Below, piece after piece: positions 1 through 15,000 of a stretch of 64,000 nucleotides of DNA. The number at the start of each line of letters is the position of its first letter. Within the stretch, counting starts at the first letter, position 1. The DNA lies in NCBI GenBank assembly GCA_048939995.1, contig JBHLOY010000003.1, positions 352,001 through 416,000 on the forward strand, given 5' to 3'. Origin of the DNA: Promethearchaeota archaeon (GTDB taxonomy: Archaea > Asgardarchaeota > Lokiarchaeia > Sigyniarchaeales > SOKP01). The position numbers and the translations under genes were made by a program. The notes under the pieces are model-generated. The model did no database searches, was not told the origin of the DNA, and saw only the letters and a list, made by a program, of their open reading frames with translations.

Positions 1-2
1 TA

Positions 3-3000
3 AAAAGTTATAAGATTTATGCGAACGATAGTAGCGGTAATGTCAATTTCCTTTCAGATTTTATTACGGTTATAGATACTTCAGGACCAAGTTTATCGGG
101 ATTATTAGAAAGTGCGGATCCCTTAGAGTTGGGTATGTCTGAAACAATCCAAATTAATGTGACTGATCTTTCCTCAATAGATAATGTATGGATCGAGATT
201 GAGGATGTTAATTACACTATGAGTTATCTCAGCGGAAATACATATGAATATGCTGGTTGGATTCCAACTATAACAGGAATAAAGAGTTATACGATTTATG
301 CGAACGATACTAGCGGAAATGTCAACTTTCTCTCAGATTTTATTACGGTTATAGATACAACAGGTCCACTACTATCAGGATTATTTGAGAGCGCTGATCC
401 ATTAGAGCTGGGTAGTGAAGAAACTATTCGAATAGATGTTTATGATGAAGATGATGTTAAAAGTGTTTGGATCGAGATTGAGGATGCAAATTATACTATG
501 AGCTATATCAGTGGAAATACTTATGAATATACTGGTTGGATTCCAACTATAACCGGAATAAAGAGTTATACGATTTATGCGAACGATAGTAGCGGAAATG
601 TAAATTTTCTATCAGATACCATTACAGTTATAGATACAACTCCTCCTCTATTATCAGGGTTATTAGAAAGTGCGGATCCCATAGAGTTGGGCATGTCTGA
701 AATAATTCAAGTTAATGTGACTGATCTCTCCTCAATAGATGATGTATGGATTCAAATTGATGGTATTAATTACCTAATGAGTTATGTCAGTGGAAATACT
801 TATGAATATACTGGCTGGACTCCAACTATAACTGGAATAAGAAGTTATACGATTTATGCGAACGATAGTAGCGGAAATGTAAATTTTCTATCAGATACCA
901 TTACAGTTATAGATACAACTCCTCCTCTATTATCAGGGTTATTAGAAAGTGCGGATCCCATAGAGTTGGGCATGTCTGAAATAATTCAAGTTAATGTGAC
1001 TGATCTCTCCTCAATAGATGATGTATGGATTCAAATTGATGGTATTAATTACCTAATGAGTTATGTCAGTGGAAATACTTATGAATATACTGGCTGGACT
1101 CCAACTATAACTGGAATAAGAAGTTATACGATTTATGCGAACGATAGTAGCGGAAATGTAAATTTTCTATCAGATACCATTACAGTTATAGATACAACTC
1201 CTCCTCTATTATCAGGGTTATTAGAAAGTGCGGATCCCTTAGAGTTGGGTATGGATGATATAATTAGAATAAACGTAACTGATTTGTCTCCAATTAATAC
1301 TGTGTGGATCGAGATTGAGGATATTAATTACACTATGAGCTATATTAGCGGAAATACCTATGAGTATGCGGGATGGCTTCCAACTACTATTGGAGTAAAG
1401 ATTTATACGATTTATGCAAATGATAGCAGTGGAAATGCGAATTTCCTTTCAGATACTATTACGGTTATTGACACTACAAGCCCAAGTTTATCGGGATTAT
1501 TTGAAAGTGGGGATCCTTTAGAATTGGGCATGTCTGAAACGATTAGAATAAATGTAACTGATATATCTTCGATTAATACTGTCTGGATCAAGATTGAGGC
1601 TGCTAATTACACTATGAGCCACGTCAACGAAAATACTTATGAATATGCTGGTTGGCTTCCTGATACTATTGGAATAAAAAGTTACACTATTTATGCGAAT
1701 GATTCTAGTGGAAATGTACAATTTCTTTCAGATGCTATCACAGTTGTAGATACTACGGGCCCAACTTTATCAGATTTATTTGAAAGTGCAGATCCTTTAG
1801 AATTGGGCATGTCTGAAGTGATTATAATAAATGTAACTGACTTATCTCCAATTCATACTGTATGGATCGAGATTGAGGATATTAATTACACTATGAGCTA
1901 TGTTAGCGAAAATACCTATGAATATATTGGATGGACTCCAATCACCATTGGAGTAAAGAGTTATACCATGTATGCGAATGATTCTAGCAGAAATATAAAT
2001 TTCCTTTCAGATGCTATTACGGTTATAGATACCACAGGTCCAAGTTTATCGGGATTATTCGAAAGTGCTGATCCTTTAGAATTAGGTATGCCTGAAACGA
2101 TTCGAATTGAAGCGACGGATTTAGGAGGAATCTATAATGTTTGGATTCAAATTGAGGGTATTAATTATCCAATGAGTTATATCAGTGGCAACACCTATGA
2201 ATACGCTGGATGGACTCCAAATGCAATCGGAATAAATAATTATACAATATATGCGAATGATTCTAGCGGAAATGCAAATTTCCTTTCAGATTATATTACG
2301 GTCATAGATACTACAGGACCAAATTTATCGGGATTATTCGAAAGTGCGGATCCTTTAGAGTTGGGAACGTCTGAAACGATTCAGATTGAAGCTTATGATG
2401 AAGACGGAGTTGATACTATCTGGATCGAAATTGAGGGTGTTGATTATCTAATGAGTTATGTTAGCGGAAATACCTATGAATTTGTTGGATGGCTTCCGCC
2501 TACTATTGGAGTAAAGGTTTATACAATATATACGAATGATACTAATGGAAATATGAATTTTCTTTCAGATACTATCACTGTTGTAGATACCACTCCACCA
2601 AGTTTGTTGGGATTATTCGAAAGTGCAGATCCTCTAGAATTGGGTTTATCCGAAACAATTCAAATAAATGTGACTGATTTATCTCCTATTAATACTGTGT
2701 GGATCGAGATTGAAGATATTAACTATTCAATGAGTTATACTAGTGGCAACACTTATGAATATACTGGTTGGACTCCAACCACCATCGGAGTAAAGAGTTA
2801 TGCGATTTATGCGAATGATACCAGTGGAAATATCAATTTTCTTGTAGACTTTATTACAATTATAGATACAACTCCTCCTCAATTATCAGGATTATTTGAA
2901 AGTGCAGATCCCTTAGAATTGGGCATGTCTGAAACGATTAGAATAAATATAACCGATTTATCTCCTATTAATACTGTGTGGATCGAGATTGAGGATATCA

Positions 3001-6000
3001 ATTACACTCTGAACTATATCAACGGAAATACCTATGAATATACTGGGTGGCTTCCTGATACCATTGGAATAAAAAGTTATATGATTTACGCGAACGATAC
3101 TAGTGGAAATGTAAATTTTCTTTCAGATACCATTACAATTATAGATACTATAGGACCAATTTTATCAGAATTATTTGAAAGCGCAGATCCCTTAGAATTG
3201 GGCATGTCTGAAACGATTCAAATAAATGTGACTGATTACTCTCCAATTGATTCAGTATGGATTCAGATTGACGGTATCAATTATCTAATGAGTTACTTCA
3301 GTGGCAACACCTATGAATATATTGGATGGACTCCAATCACCATTGGAGTAAAGAGTTATACACTTTATGCAAATGATAGTAGTGGGAATATGAATTTTCT
3401 TTCAGATTCTATTACGGTTATAGATACCATAGGACCAAGTTTATCGGGATTATTAGAAAGTGCGGATCCCTTAGAGTTGGGTATGTCTGAAACAATCCAA
3501 ATTAATGTGACTGATCTTTCCTCAATAGATAATGTATGGATCGAGATTGAGGATGTTAATTACACTATGAGTTATCTCAGCGGAAATACATATGAATATG
3601 CTGGTTGGATTCCAACTATAACAGGAATAAAGAGTTATACGATTTATGCGAACGATACTAGCGGAAATGTCAACTTTCTCTCAGATTTTATTACGGTTAT
3701 AGATACAACAGGTCCACTACTATCAGGATTATTTGAGAGCGCTGATCCTTTAGAATTGGGCATGTCTGAAACGATTCAAATAAATGTGACAGATTTCTCT
3801 CCAATTGATTCAGTATGGATTCAGATTGACGGTATCGATTATCTAATGAATTACTTCATTGGCAACACCTATGGATATATTGGATGGACTCCAACCACCA
3901 TTGGAGTAAAGACTTATATAATATATACGAATGATACTAATGGAAATATTAATTTCCTTTCAGATTCTATTACGGTTATAGATACCACAGGCCCAAGTTT
4001 ATCGGGATTATTCGAAAGTGCGGATCCTTTAGAATTAGGCATGCCTGAAACGATTCGAATTGAAGCGACGGATTTAGGAGGAATCTATAATGTTTGGATT
4101 CAAATTGAGGGTATTGATTATCCAATGAGTTTAATCAGTGGCAACACTTATGAATATGTTGGGTGGACTCCTACTACTATCGGAATAAATAATTATACAA
4201 TATATGCGAACGATACTAGCGGAAATGCAAATTTCCTCTCAGATTATATTACGGTCATAGATACTACAGGACCAAATTTATCGGGATTATTCGAGAGTGC
4301 GGATCCTTTAGAATTGGGCATGTCCGAAACGATTCAGATTGAAGCTTATGATGAAGACGGAGTTGATACTATCTGGATCGAAATTGAGGGCATTGATTAT
4401 CTAATGAGTTATATCAGCGGAAATACCTATGAATTTGCTGGATGGCTTCCGACTACTATTGGAGTAAAGGTTTATACAATATATACGAATGATACTAATG
4501 GAAATATGAATTTTCTTTCAGATACTATCACTGTTGTAGATACCACATCACCAAGTTTGTTGGGATTAGTCGAAAGTGCAGATCCATTAGAGTTAGGTAT
4601 GCCTGAAACGATTAAAATAAACGTAACCGATTTATCTCCTATTAATGCTGTGTGGATTCAGATTGAAGACATTAACTATTCTATGAGTTATGTCAGTGGT
4701 AACACCTATGAATATACTGGTTGGACTCCAACCATCATTGGAGTCAAGATTTATGCGATTTATGCGAATGATAGCAGCGGAAATATAAATTTTCTTTCAG
4801 ATGTTATCACTGTTGTAGATACTACAAGTCCTTCATTATTCGGATTGTCAGAAAGTGCAGATCCATTAGAATTAGGCATATCTGAAACGATTAGAATAAA
4901 TATAACTGATTTATCTCCTATTAATACTGTATGGATTCAGATTGAGAGTATTAATTATGCAATGAGTCATATCAGTGGAAATGCTTATGAATATGCTGGC
5001 TGGCTTCCCGATACCGTTGGAATAAAAAGTTATACGATTTATGTGAACGATACTAGCGGAAATGTAAATTTCCTTTCAGATACTATTACGGTCATAGATA
5101 CTACAGAACCAAGTTTATTGGGATTATTAGAAAGTGCGGATCCTTTAGAATTAGGCATGTCTGAGACAATTCAAATAAACGTAACCGATTTATCTCCTAT
5201 TAATACTGTGTGGATTCAGATTGAAGATATTAACTATTCAATGAGTTATATTAGTGGCAACACTTATGAATATGCTGGCTGGCTTCCTGATACCATTGGA
5301 ATAAAAAGTTATACGATTTATGTGAATGACACTAGCGGAAATGTAAATTTCCTTTCAGATACTATTACGGTTATAGATACTTCAGGACCAAGTTTATCGG
5401 GATTATTAGAAAGTGCAGATCCTTTAGAATTGGGCATGTCTGAAACGATTAGAGTAAATATAACCGATTTATCTCCTATTAATACTGTCTGGATCGAAAT
5501 TGAGGGTATTGATTATCTAATGAGTTACTTTAGTGGCAATACCTATGAATATACTGGTTGGACTCCAACCACCATTGGAATAAAGAATTATGCGATTTAT
5601 GCGAATGACAGCAGCGGAAATGTAAATTTCCTTTCAGAGTCTATTACGGTTATAGATACCACAGGACCAAATCTATCGGGATTATTCGAAAGTGCAGATC
5701 CTTTAGAGTTGGGCATAACTGAAACAATTCGAATAAATGTGACAGATTTCTCTTCAATTGATTCAGTATGGATCGAGATTGAAGATGCTAATTACATTAT
5801 GAGCTATCTCAGCAGAAATGCTTATGAATATGCTGGGGGGCTTCCAAACACTATTGGAGTAAAGAATTATATAATTTATGCGAATGATACGAGTGGTAAT
5901 ATTAATTTCCTTTCAGATTCTATTACAGTTATTGATACCACAGGACCAAGTTTATCAGGATTATTCGAAAGTGCGGATCCTTTAGAACTGGGCATGTCTG

Positions 6001-9000
6001 AAACAATTCAAATAGAAGCATCGGATTTAGGGGGAATCTATAATGTTTGGATTCAAATTGACGGTATTAATTATTCAATGAGTTATGTCAGTGGAAATAC
6101 TTATGAATACACTGAATGGACTCCAATTACTGTCGGAATAAATAATTATACAATTTATGCGAATGATACAAGCGGAAATACGGATTTTCTTTCAGATTCT
6201 ATTACGGTCATAGATACCACAGGACCAAGTCTATCGGGATTATTCGAAAGTGCAGATCCTTTAGAGTTGGGCATCTCTGAAACGATTCAGATTGAAGCTT
6301 ATGATGAAGATGGAGTTGATACTGTCTGGATCGAAATTGAGAGTATCGATTATTTAATGAGTTATATTAGTGGAAATACCTATGAATATGCTGGATGGAC
6401 TCCAAATACTATTGGAGTAAAGAGTTATATAATATATACGAATGATACTAATGGAAATATAAATTTTCTTTCAGATACTATTACTGTTGTAGATACCACA
6501 CCGCCAAGTTTATCAGGATTATTCGAGAGTACGGATCCTTTAGAGTTAGGCATGTCTGAAACAATTCAAATAAATGTGACCGATCTCTCTTCAATTGATG
6601 CTGTTTGGATTGAGATTGAGGCTCTTAACTACATGATGAGTTATATAGGCGGAAATACTTATGAATATACTGTTTGGACTCCAACCACCATTGGAATAAA
6701 AAGTTATACGATTTATGCCAATGATACTAATGGAAATATGAATTTTCTTTCAGATACAATCACTGTTGTAGATACCACACCACCAAGTTTGTTGGGATTA
6801 GTCGAAAGTGCAGATCCTTTAGAATTGGGCATGTCTGAAACGATTCTGATTGATGTAACTGATTTATCTCCAATTGATTCAGTATGGATTGATATTAATG
6901 GAAATGATTATCCAATGATTTTTGTCAGTGGAAACAGTTATGAATATGCTGGATGGACTCCAACTGTGAGTGGAATAAATAATTATACAATATATGCGAA
7001 TGATACTAGTGGAAATATAAATTTTCTATCAGACTTTATTACGGTTATAGATACCACGGGTCCAAGTTTATCGGGATTATTAGAAAGTGCAGATCCTTTA
7101 GAGCTAGGCATGTCTGAAACGATTCAGATAGACGCTTACGATGAAGATGGTGTTGATACTGTCTGGATCGAAATCGAGAGTATTTATTATCCTATGAGTT
7201 ATATCAGTGGAAATGCTTATGAATACGCTGGATGGACTCCAATTGCTATTGGTGTAAAGACTTATACAATATATGCGAATGATACTAGTGGAAATATAAA
7301 TTTTCTTTCAGATTCTATTATTGTTGTAGATACTACAGAACCAAGTTTATCAGGATTATTCGAAAGTGCAGATCCTTTAGAATTGGGCATGTCTGAAACG
7401 ATTCAAGTAGAAGCTACAGATTTAGGGGGAATCTATAATGTTTGGATTCAAATTGACGGCATTAATTATACAATGAGTTATGTCAGTGGAAATGCCTATG
7501 AGTATGTCGGATGGACTCCAACCACCATTGGAGTAAAGACTTATGCTATTTATGCGAATGATACTAGTGGAAATATAGATTTTCTTTCAGATTCTATTAT
7601 TGTTGTAGATACTACAAGTCCTTCATTATTTGGATTATTTGAAAGTGCGGATCCCTTAGAGTTAGGAATGTCTGAAACGATTAGAGTAAACGTAACCGAT
7701 TTATCTCCTATTAATACTGTGTGGATTCAGATTGAAGATATTAATTATTCAATGAGCTATGTTAGTAGCAACGTCTATGAATATACTGGGTGGACGCCAA
7801 GCGCCATTGGAATAGCGAGTTATACCATTTATGCGAATGATACTAATGGAAATAAAAGATTCCTTTCAGAAGCTATCATTGTTGTAGATACTACAAGTCC
7901 TTCATTATTTGGATTATTTGAAAGTGCAGATCCATTAGAATTAGGCATATCTGAAACGATTAAAATAAACGTAACTGATTTATCTCCTATTAATACTGTG
8001 TGGATTCAGATTGAGAATATTAACTATTCAATGAGCTACATAAGTGCTAACACCTATGAGTATGCCGGATGGACGCCAAGCGCCATTGGAATAGCGAGTT
8101 ATACCATTTATGCAAATGATACTAGTGGAAATATAAATTCTTTATCAGATACCATTACAGTCATAGATACATCTCCTCCGCTATTATCAGGATTATCTGA
8201 AAGTGCGGATCCATTAGAGCTGGGTATTCCTGAAACAATTCAAATAAATGCTTATGATGCGAATGGCATTAATACTATTTGGATTGAAATTGAAGGTGTT
8301 AACTATCTTATGAGCTATATCAGTGGGAATACTTATGAATTTGCAGAGTGGATTCCTACCATGGTGGGAATTAAGAGTTACACCATCTATGCAAATGATA
8401 GCAGCGGAAATGTCAATTTTCTATCAGATGCTATTACAGTGATAGATACCACACCTCCTCTATTATCAGGCTTATTAGAAAGTGCGGATCCTTTAGAGTT
8501 GGGCATGTCTGAAACAATTAAAGTAAATGTAGCTGATTTAACTCCAATTAATACTGTGTGGATTGAGATTGAGGGTGTTAATTATACAATGAGCTATATC
8601 AGTGGAAATACCTATGAGTATGCCGGATGGACGCCAAGCGCTATTGAAATAGCGAGTTATACCATTTATGCGAATGATAGTAGCGGAAATATAAATTTTC
8701 TGTCAGATACCATTACAGTCATAGATACAACACCTCCTCTATTATCAGGTTTATTAGAAAGTGCGGATCCTTTAGAGTTGGGCATGTCTGAAACGATTAA
8801 AATAAATGTAACTGATTTAGCTCTAATTAATACTGTGTGGATTGAGATTGAGGGTGTCAATTTTACTATGAGTTATATTAGTGGAAATACCTATGAATAT
8901 GTTGGTTGGCTTCCTAACACTATTGGGATAAAAATTTATACCATTTATGCGAATGATAGTAGCGGAAATGTGAATTTTCTTTTAGATTTTATTACGGTTA

Positions 9001-12000
9001 TAGATACTACGGGACCAAATTTATCAGGATTATTCGAAAGTGCAGATCCTTTAGAGTTGGGAATATATGAAATGATTCAGATTGAAGCTTATGATGAAGA
9101 TGGCGTTGATACTGTTTGGATCGAAATTGAGGGCATTGATTATCTAATGAGTTATGTTGGTGGAAATATCTATGAATATACTGGATGGATTCCAACCACC
9201 ATTGGAGTAAAGATCTATACTATTTATGCGAATGATACTAACGGAAATATAGATTTTCTTTCAGATTTTATTACGGTTATAGATACTACGGGACCAAGTT
9301 TATCGGGATTATTCGAAAGTGCCGATCCATTGGAATTGGGAAATTCTGAGACTATAATGATTAATATATCTGATCATTCCCCAATTGATAATGTCTGGAT
9401 TGAGATTGAAGGCATCGAAATTCTTATGAATTATGTTAGTGGGTTTACTTATGAATATTCCGGATGGAATCCAACTGCTATTGGAGTAAAGAGTTATACG
9501 ATTTACGCGAATGATACTAACGGAAATATAAATTTTCTTCCAGATTCTATTATGGTTATAGATACCACAGGCCCAATTTTATCGGGATTATTAGAAAGTG
9601 CAGATCCCTTAGAGTTAGGCATGTCTGAAACAATTCAAATTGATCTGGTTGATCTCTCTCCAATTGACACCGTGTGGATCGAGATTGAGAGTATCGAAAT
9701 TCTTATGAGTTTTATCAGTGGCAACACTTATGAGTATGCTGGATGGACTCCAATCACCATTGGTGTTAAGAATTATATGATCTATGCTAATGATACTAGC
9801 GGAAATGTCAATTTCCTATCAGATGCTATCACTGTTGTAGACACCACAGGACCCTCATTATTCGGATTATCAGAAAGTGCAGATCCCTTAGAGTTGGGCA
9901 TGTCTGAGACAATTCAGATTAATGTGACTGATCTCACTTCTATTGATTCAGTATGGATTGAGATTGAGAGTATCGAAATTCTTATGAGTTTTATCAGTGG
10001 CAACACTTATGAGTATGCTGGATGGACTCCAATCACCATTGGTGTTAAGAATTATATGATCTATGCTAATGATACTAGTGGAAATGTAAATTTTCTATTA
10101 GAAGCTATTATAGTCATAGATACCACTCCTCCTCTGTTATCGGGGTTATTTGAAAGTGTGGATCCCTTAGAGTTAGGGTTTTCAGAGACAATCCAGATTG
10201 ATGTGTTTGATCTTTCTCCAATCGACACCGTATGGATCGAGATTGAGGGTGTCAATTTTATTATGAACTTTTTCAGTGGGAATACTTATGGACATTCAAA
10301 CTGGATTCCTAACATGATTGGGTTAAATAATTATACCATTTATACGAATGATACAAGTGGAAATATAAACTTTCTATCAGAGGCTATTACAGTCATAGAT
10401 ACAACTGAACCGTTATTATCTGGATTATTTGAGAGTTCAGATCCCTTAGAGTTAGGGAATTCAGAGAAAATCCAAATTGATGCGTTTGATCTTTCTCCAA
10501 TCGACACCGTATGGATCGAGATTGAGGGTGTCAATTTTACTATGAACCATATCAGTGGGAATACTTATGAACATTCAGACTGGACTCCTAACATGGTTGG
10601 AGTAAAGAACTACATAATTTATGCCAATGATACCAGTGGGAACTTAAATCTTTTTTCCGATACAATTACAGTAATAGACACTACTCCACCACAAATTATA
10701 ATACGTGAACCCAATCCATATGACCAATATGGTATAATAGCTCCCGAAGTAGATATTGAATTTCTTGATTATGATCTAGATAATACATGGTATCAGATTA
10801 TCGGTACAATTACAACAGCTAACTATACATGGACTGGGGCAATTGCCCAAAGTCTATGGGATCAAATGGGAAATGGGCTTGTTGTTATTCAATTTTATGC
10901 AAATGATTCATCAGGTAATTTTAACTCCAATTATGTAATAGTTAAAAAGGATAGTAGTGCTCCAGATGTTACTATTAATAGTCCAGAAAATGATCAACTC
11001 TATGGATATCTCCCACCAGTAATTGATGTAGATTTTGGATCAGATGCAATTTATGAGTGGTTCCAATTAATTGGTACAGTAACAACTTCAAATTACACTT
11101 GGACAGGAACAATATCACAAGAAATATGGGATGAGGTTGGTAATGGTACAGTAATTATCTATATTTATGCAAATGATTCATTAGGTAATTTAGGATATGA
11201 TTCAGTTAGAATTAATAAGGATATTATTGAACCTAATATAATAATAAATGAACCAGCTCCTTATAGTTTATTTGGAAAAATTGCCCCAGTATTTGATTTA
11301 GATATAGATGAAGGAAATCTCAATCAAACTTGGTATCAGATAATTGGAACAACTACTACAAATAACTATACTTGGACTGGAATAATAGCACAAAATCTAT
11401 GGAATCAGATGGATAACGGAACAGTAACTATAGTCTTCTATGCTAATGATACAATTGGTAATTTCGGTTCTGAATTAATAGTAATTAGGAAAGATATTAT
11501 CGCTCCACAAATAATAATCAGCCAGCCTGATTCGAATGACCTTTTTGGAAAGTCAACCCCAGAAGTTAATGTAGAATTTTTAGATCCCAACTTAGGTTCT
11601 ACTTGGTATCAGTTAAGTAATGGTTCTATTTCGACTAACAATTACACTTGGTTAGGGTCCATAAATCAGATTGTTTGGGATCAAATAGGTAATGGCTCAG
11701 TTAATATAATATTCTATGCTATTGATACTATTGACAATCTGAATTCTACTATGGTCATTGTTCGAAAAGACATTAAAAAACCATCTATTTCTATAATTCA
11801 GCCACATATATATGAATTATTTGGGGAAACTTCACCTATTGTAAATATTAATATTAATGATCGCCATTTAAAAGCAGTATGGTATCAATTAAGCAATGAA
11901 TTAATAAGAACTGCTAATTACTCATGGATGGGATTAATTGATCAAACTGTATGGGATCAAATTGGAAACGGTACAGTTAATATAATATTCTATGCGAACG

Positions 12001-15000
12001 ATTCTGTTCGTAATTTCGCATCTGAAAATGTTATTGTAAGAAAAGATGTTATTTCACCACAAATTACGATAATAGAGCCCTCTAATTATGATTTGTTTGG
12101 AAATACACCTCCTAATGTTAATCTTGAAGTAATAGAACCAAACTTAAATGAAATATGGTGTCAATTAACAGACGGAACTATTTCTACTAATTATACTTGG
12201 AACGGAAATATTACTCAAAGTGCTTGGAATATGTTTGGAACTGGCCTGGTTACAATCAAAATATATGCTAATGATTCAGTGGGTAATTTAGGATCTAAAT
12301 CAGTAGTAATTAGGAAAGATGTAACCGCGCCAGATATTGTAATTTATGAACCTAATCCGTTTGATTTGTTTGGACTAAGTGCTCCTATTGTTGATGTAGA
12401 TGTATCTGATCCAAATTTGGATACAATCTCTTATAAATTATATAATAACACTAAATCAAGTTTAATATATTTATGGTTAGGTTCTATTGAACAGCTTGTA
12501 TGGGATGAATTTAGGTCAAGCGTTATCACCATTAGAATTTATGCTAATGATACAATGGGAAACACAAGATTCTCTGATGTAACAATAATAAAAGATATTA
12601 CCAAGCCAACAATTGACATTAATTTTCCTAATCCTTATGATTTATTTGGCATAGACCCTCCAAATCTAATTATTAATATATATGATCAAAATTTGGATAG
12701 AGTTTGGTATCAATTGACAAATGGTATTGAAACAACATTAAATTATACCTGGAGTGGAAATATTCCCCTAAATATATGGAATGAAATGGGAAATGGAACT
12801 GTTACTATTATAATCTATGCAAATGATACCGTTTCTAATTTTAGATCCCAATTTATAACTATTAGAAAAGATATAATTGCTCCAATAATAAATATCGATT
12901 CTCCCGGAAATTTCTCTCTATACGGAAGAACACCACCTGAAGTGTTTATAACTGTTTATGAACCCAATTTAGATAATATAAGGTATCAATTGAAAATTGG
13001 AGAAATTTCAACTCAAAACTATTCTTGGACGGGAATCCTGGAACAAAATGTATGGGATGAGGTTGGAAATGGCACTATCTCCATTATTTTTTATATAAAG
13101 GATGCTGTTGGAAACTTTGCTTCTGTTGTTTTAATAGTAAGGAAAGATATTATTGCACCCCAAATATTAATACAAGAGCCAATACCTTCTGATTTATTTG
13201 GAACGTTACCTCCAAATGTTAGTGTGGATATCGAAGATCCAAATTTATCCAGTGTGTGGTATCAATTAAGGAATGGGACTATAAATACTATGAATTATAC
13301 TTGGACAGGATTAATAGAACAAACTACATGGAATCAGGTTGGAAATGGATCTGTATACCTCACTTTTTATGCTAATGATTCATTGGGGAATCTTGGTTCT
13401 AAATCTGTTCTAATCCAAAAAGATATAATTGGTCCAAAATTAATTATTAATTATCCAAATCCTTATGACGTTTTTGGCATAACGGCTCCAAATATAAATA
13501 TTGAAATTGAGGATAAGAACCTATTTACTTCTTGGTATTGCCTAAAAAATGAAACAACCACAACTTTGAATTACACTTGGATAGGAATATTGGAGCAAAG
13601 TATATGGGATCAGTTTGTTAATGGATTAGTGACCATATTCTTTTATGCAAATGATTCGATGAGCAACTTTAACTATATAAACCTTTCTTTAGTGAAAGAT
13701 CTTAATGCTCCAATAATTAATATTATAGAACCTGAAAATTTTGCTGTTATTGGGCAAATAGCTCCTGATTTTGAAGTATATATTAGCGGTATTGATATTC
13801 ATCAATCTTGGTATGTGTTTGCAGGTGAATTAGTTAAATATTTCTTTATAAATACTGATGGAACAACCATTGTTACACTAAATCAAACTAAATGGGATGA
13901 ATTTGGAAATGGAACAGTTACGATTGAATTCTACGTAAATGATTCAGTAGGTAATATTGGTTTTGATATTGTTGAATTGAGAAAAGATGTTTATGCTCCA
14001 GAAATATTAATAAATCTTCCAATATATGAAGGTTATTGGAGTAAACCACCTATACTAAACATTTCTTATTTTGATCCAAATTTTGATACTCTATGGTATA
14101 AAATTGGAATCTTCTCTGGTATATTGATAAATAATACTGAAGACTGTATAGATCCTTTAATATGGGATAGCTTAGAGCAAGGTAAGCATCAACTCTTTAT
14201 CTATGCTAATGATACTGCTGGTAATGTTAACGATAGTTATGTATTTACTATTTATAAAGATACATTGGCTCCAATAATAACTATTCATTCTCCTGTAAAT
14301 GAGTCTTATTCAGATTCTCCCCCTATTTTTAATATTAGTTTCTACGATCCAAATTATGACTCATTATGGTATGGAAATGGTTTTATTAACATAACTTTAG
14401 TAAATAATACCAATCAATTTCTTGATTGGAATATTTGGAATGATCAACCAGAAGGCATCTATCAGATTGTCATTTACGCAAACGATACTTTCGGTCATCT
14501 TAATGATAAATATATAATAACCTTGTATAAAGATACCAAAGCGCCTATAATAACAATTAATTCACCTAATAATAATACATATTACAATAGTCCACCTACT
14601 TTGAATATAGTAGCATCAGATCCAAATTTTGATAGCTTATGGTATAAAGTTAGAAATGAAATTATAAAAATAACACAACCCTTTCAAGATTTTGATGCAT
14701 TTATTTGGGATATCTTGGATCAAGGTGAGTTTCAAGTTGAAATTTTTGCAAATGATACCTTTGGGCATATTAATTCAGATTATTACCTAATATTGTTTAA
14801 AGATACATTAGCACCAAAAATTATAATCAACTCTCCTTTGAATCAGACTTATTGGAATACTAGACCCATCTTAAATATAACAGCATTAGATCCTAACTTG
14901 ATAAGCCTTTATTATAAAGTCAATACCTACTTGGTCTGGTTAACCAATAATACTGCAATCCTTCTCTCAAGTCCCATATGGCAAGGCTTAGCAGAAGGAG

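Noticed and set aside
84-10690. Repeat array as a CRISPR array or DGR template/variable repeats
   Set aside because: Units are 279-bp in-frame coding repeats without spacers; no cas or reverse transcriptase gene in the window and no evident adenine-specific variation.
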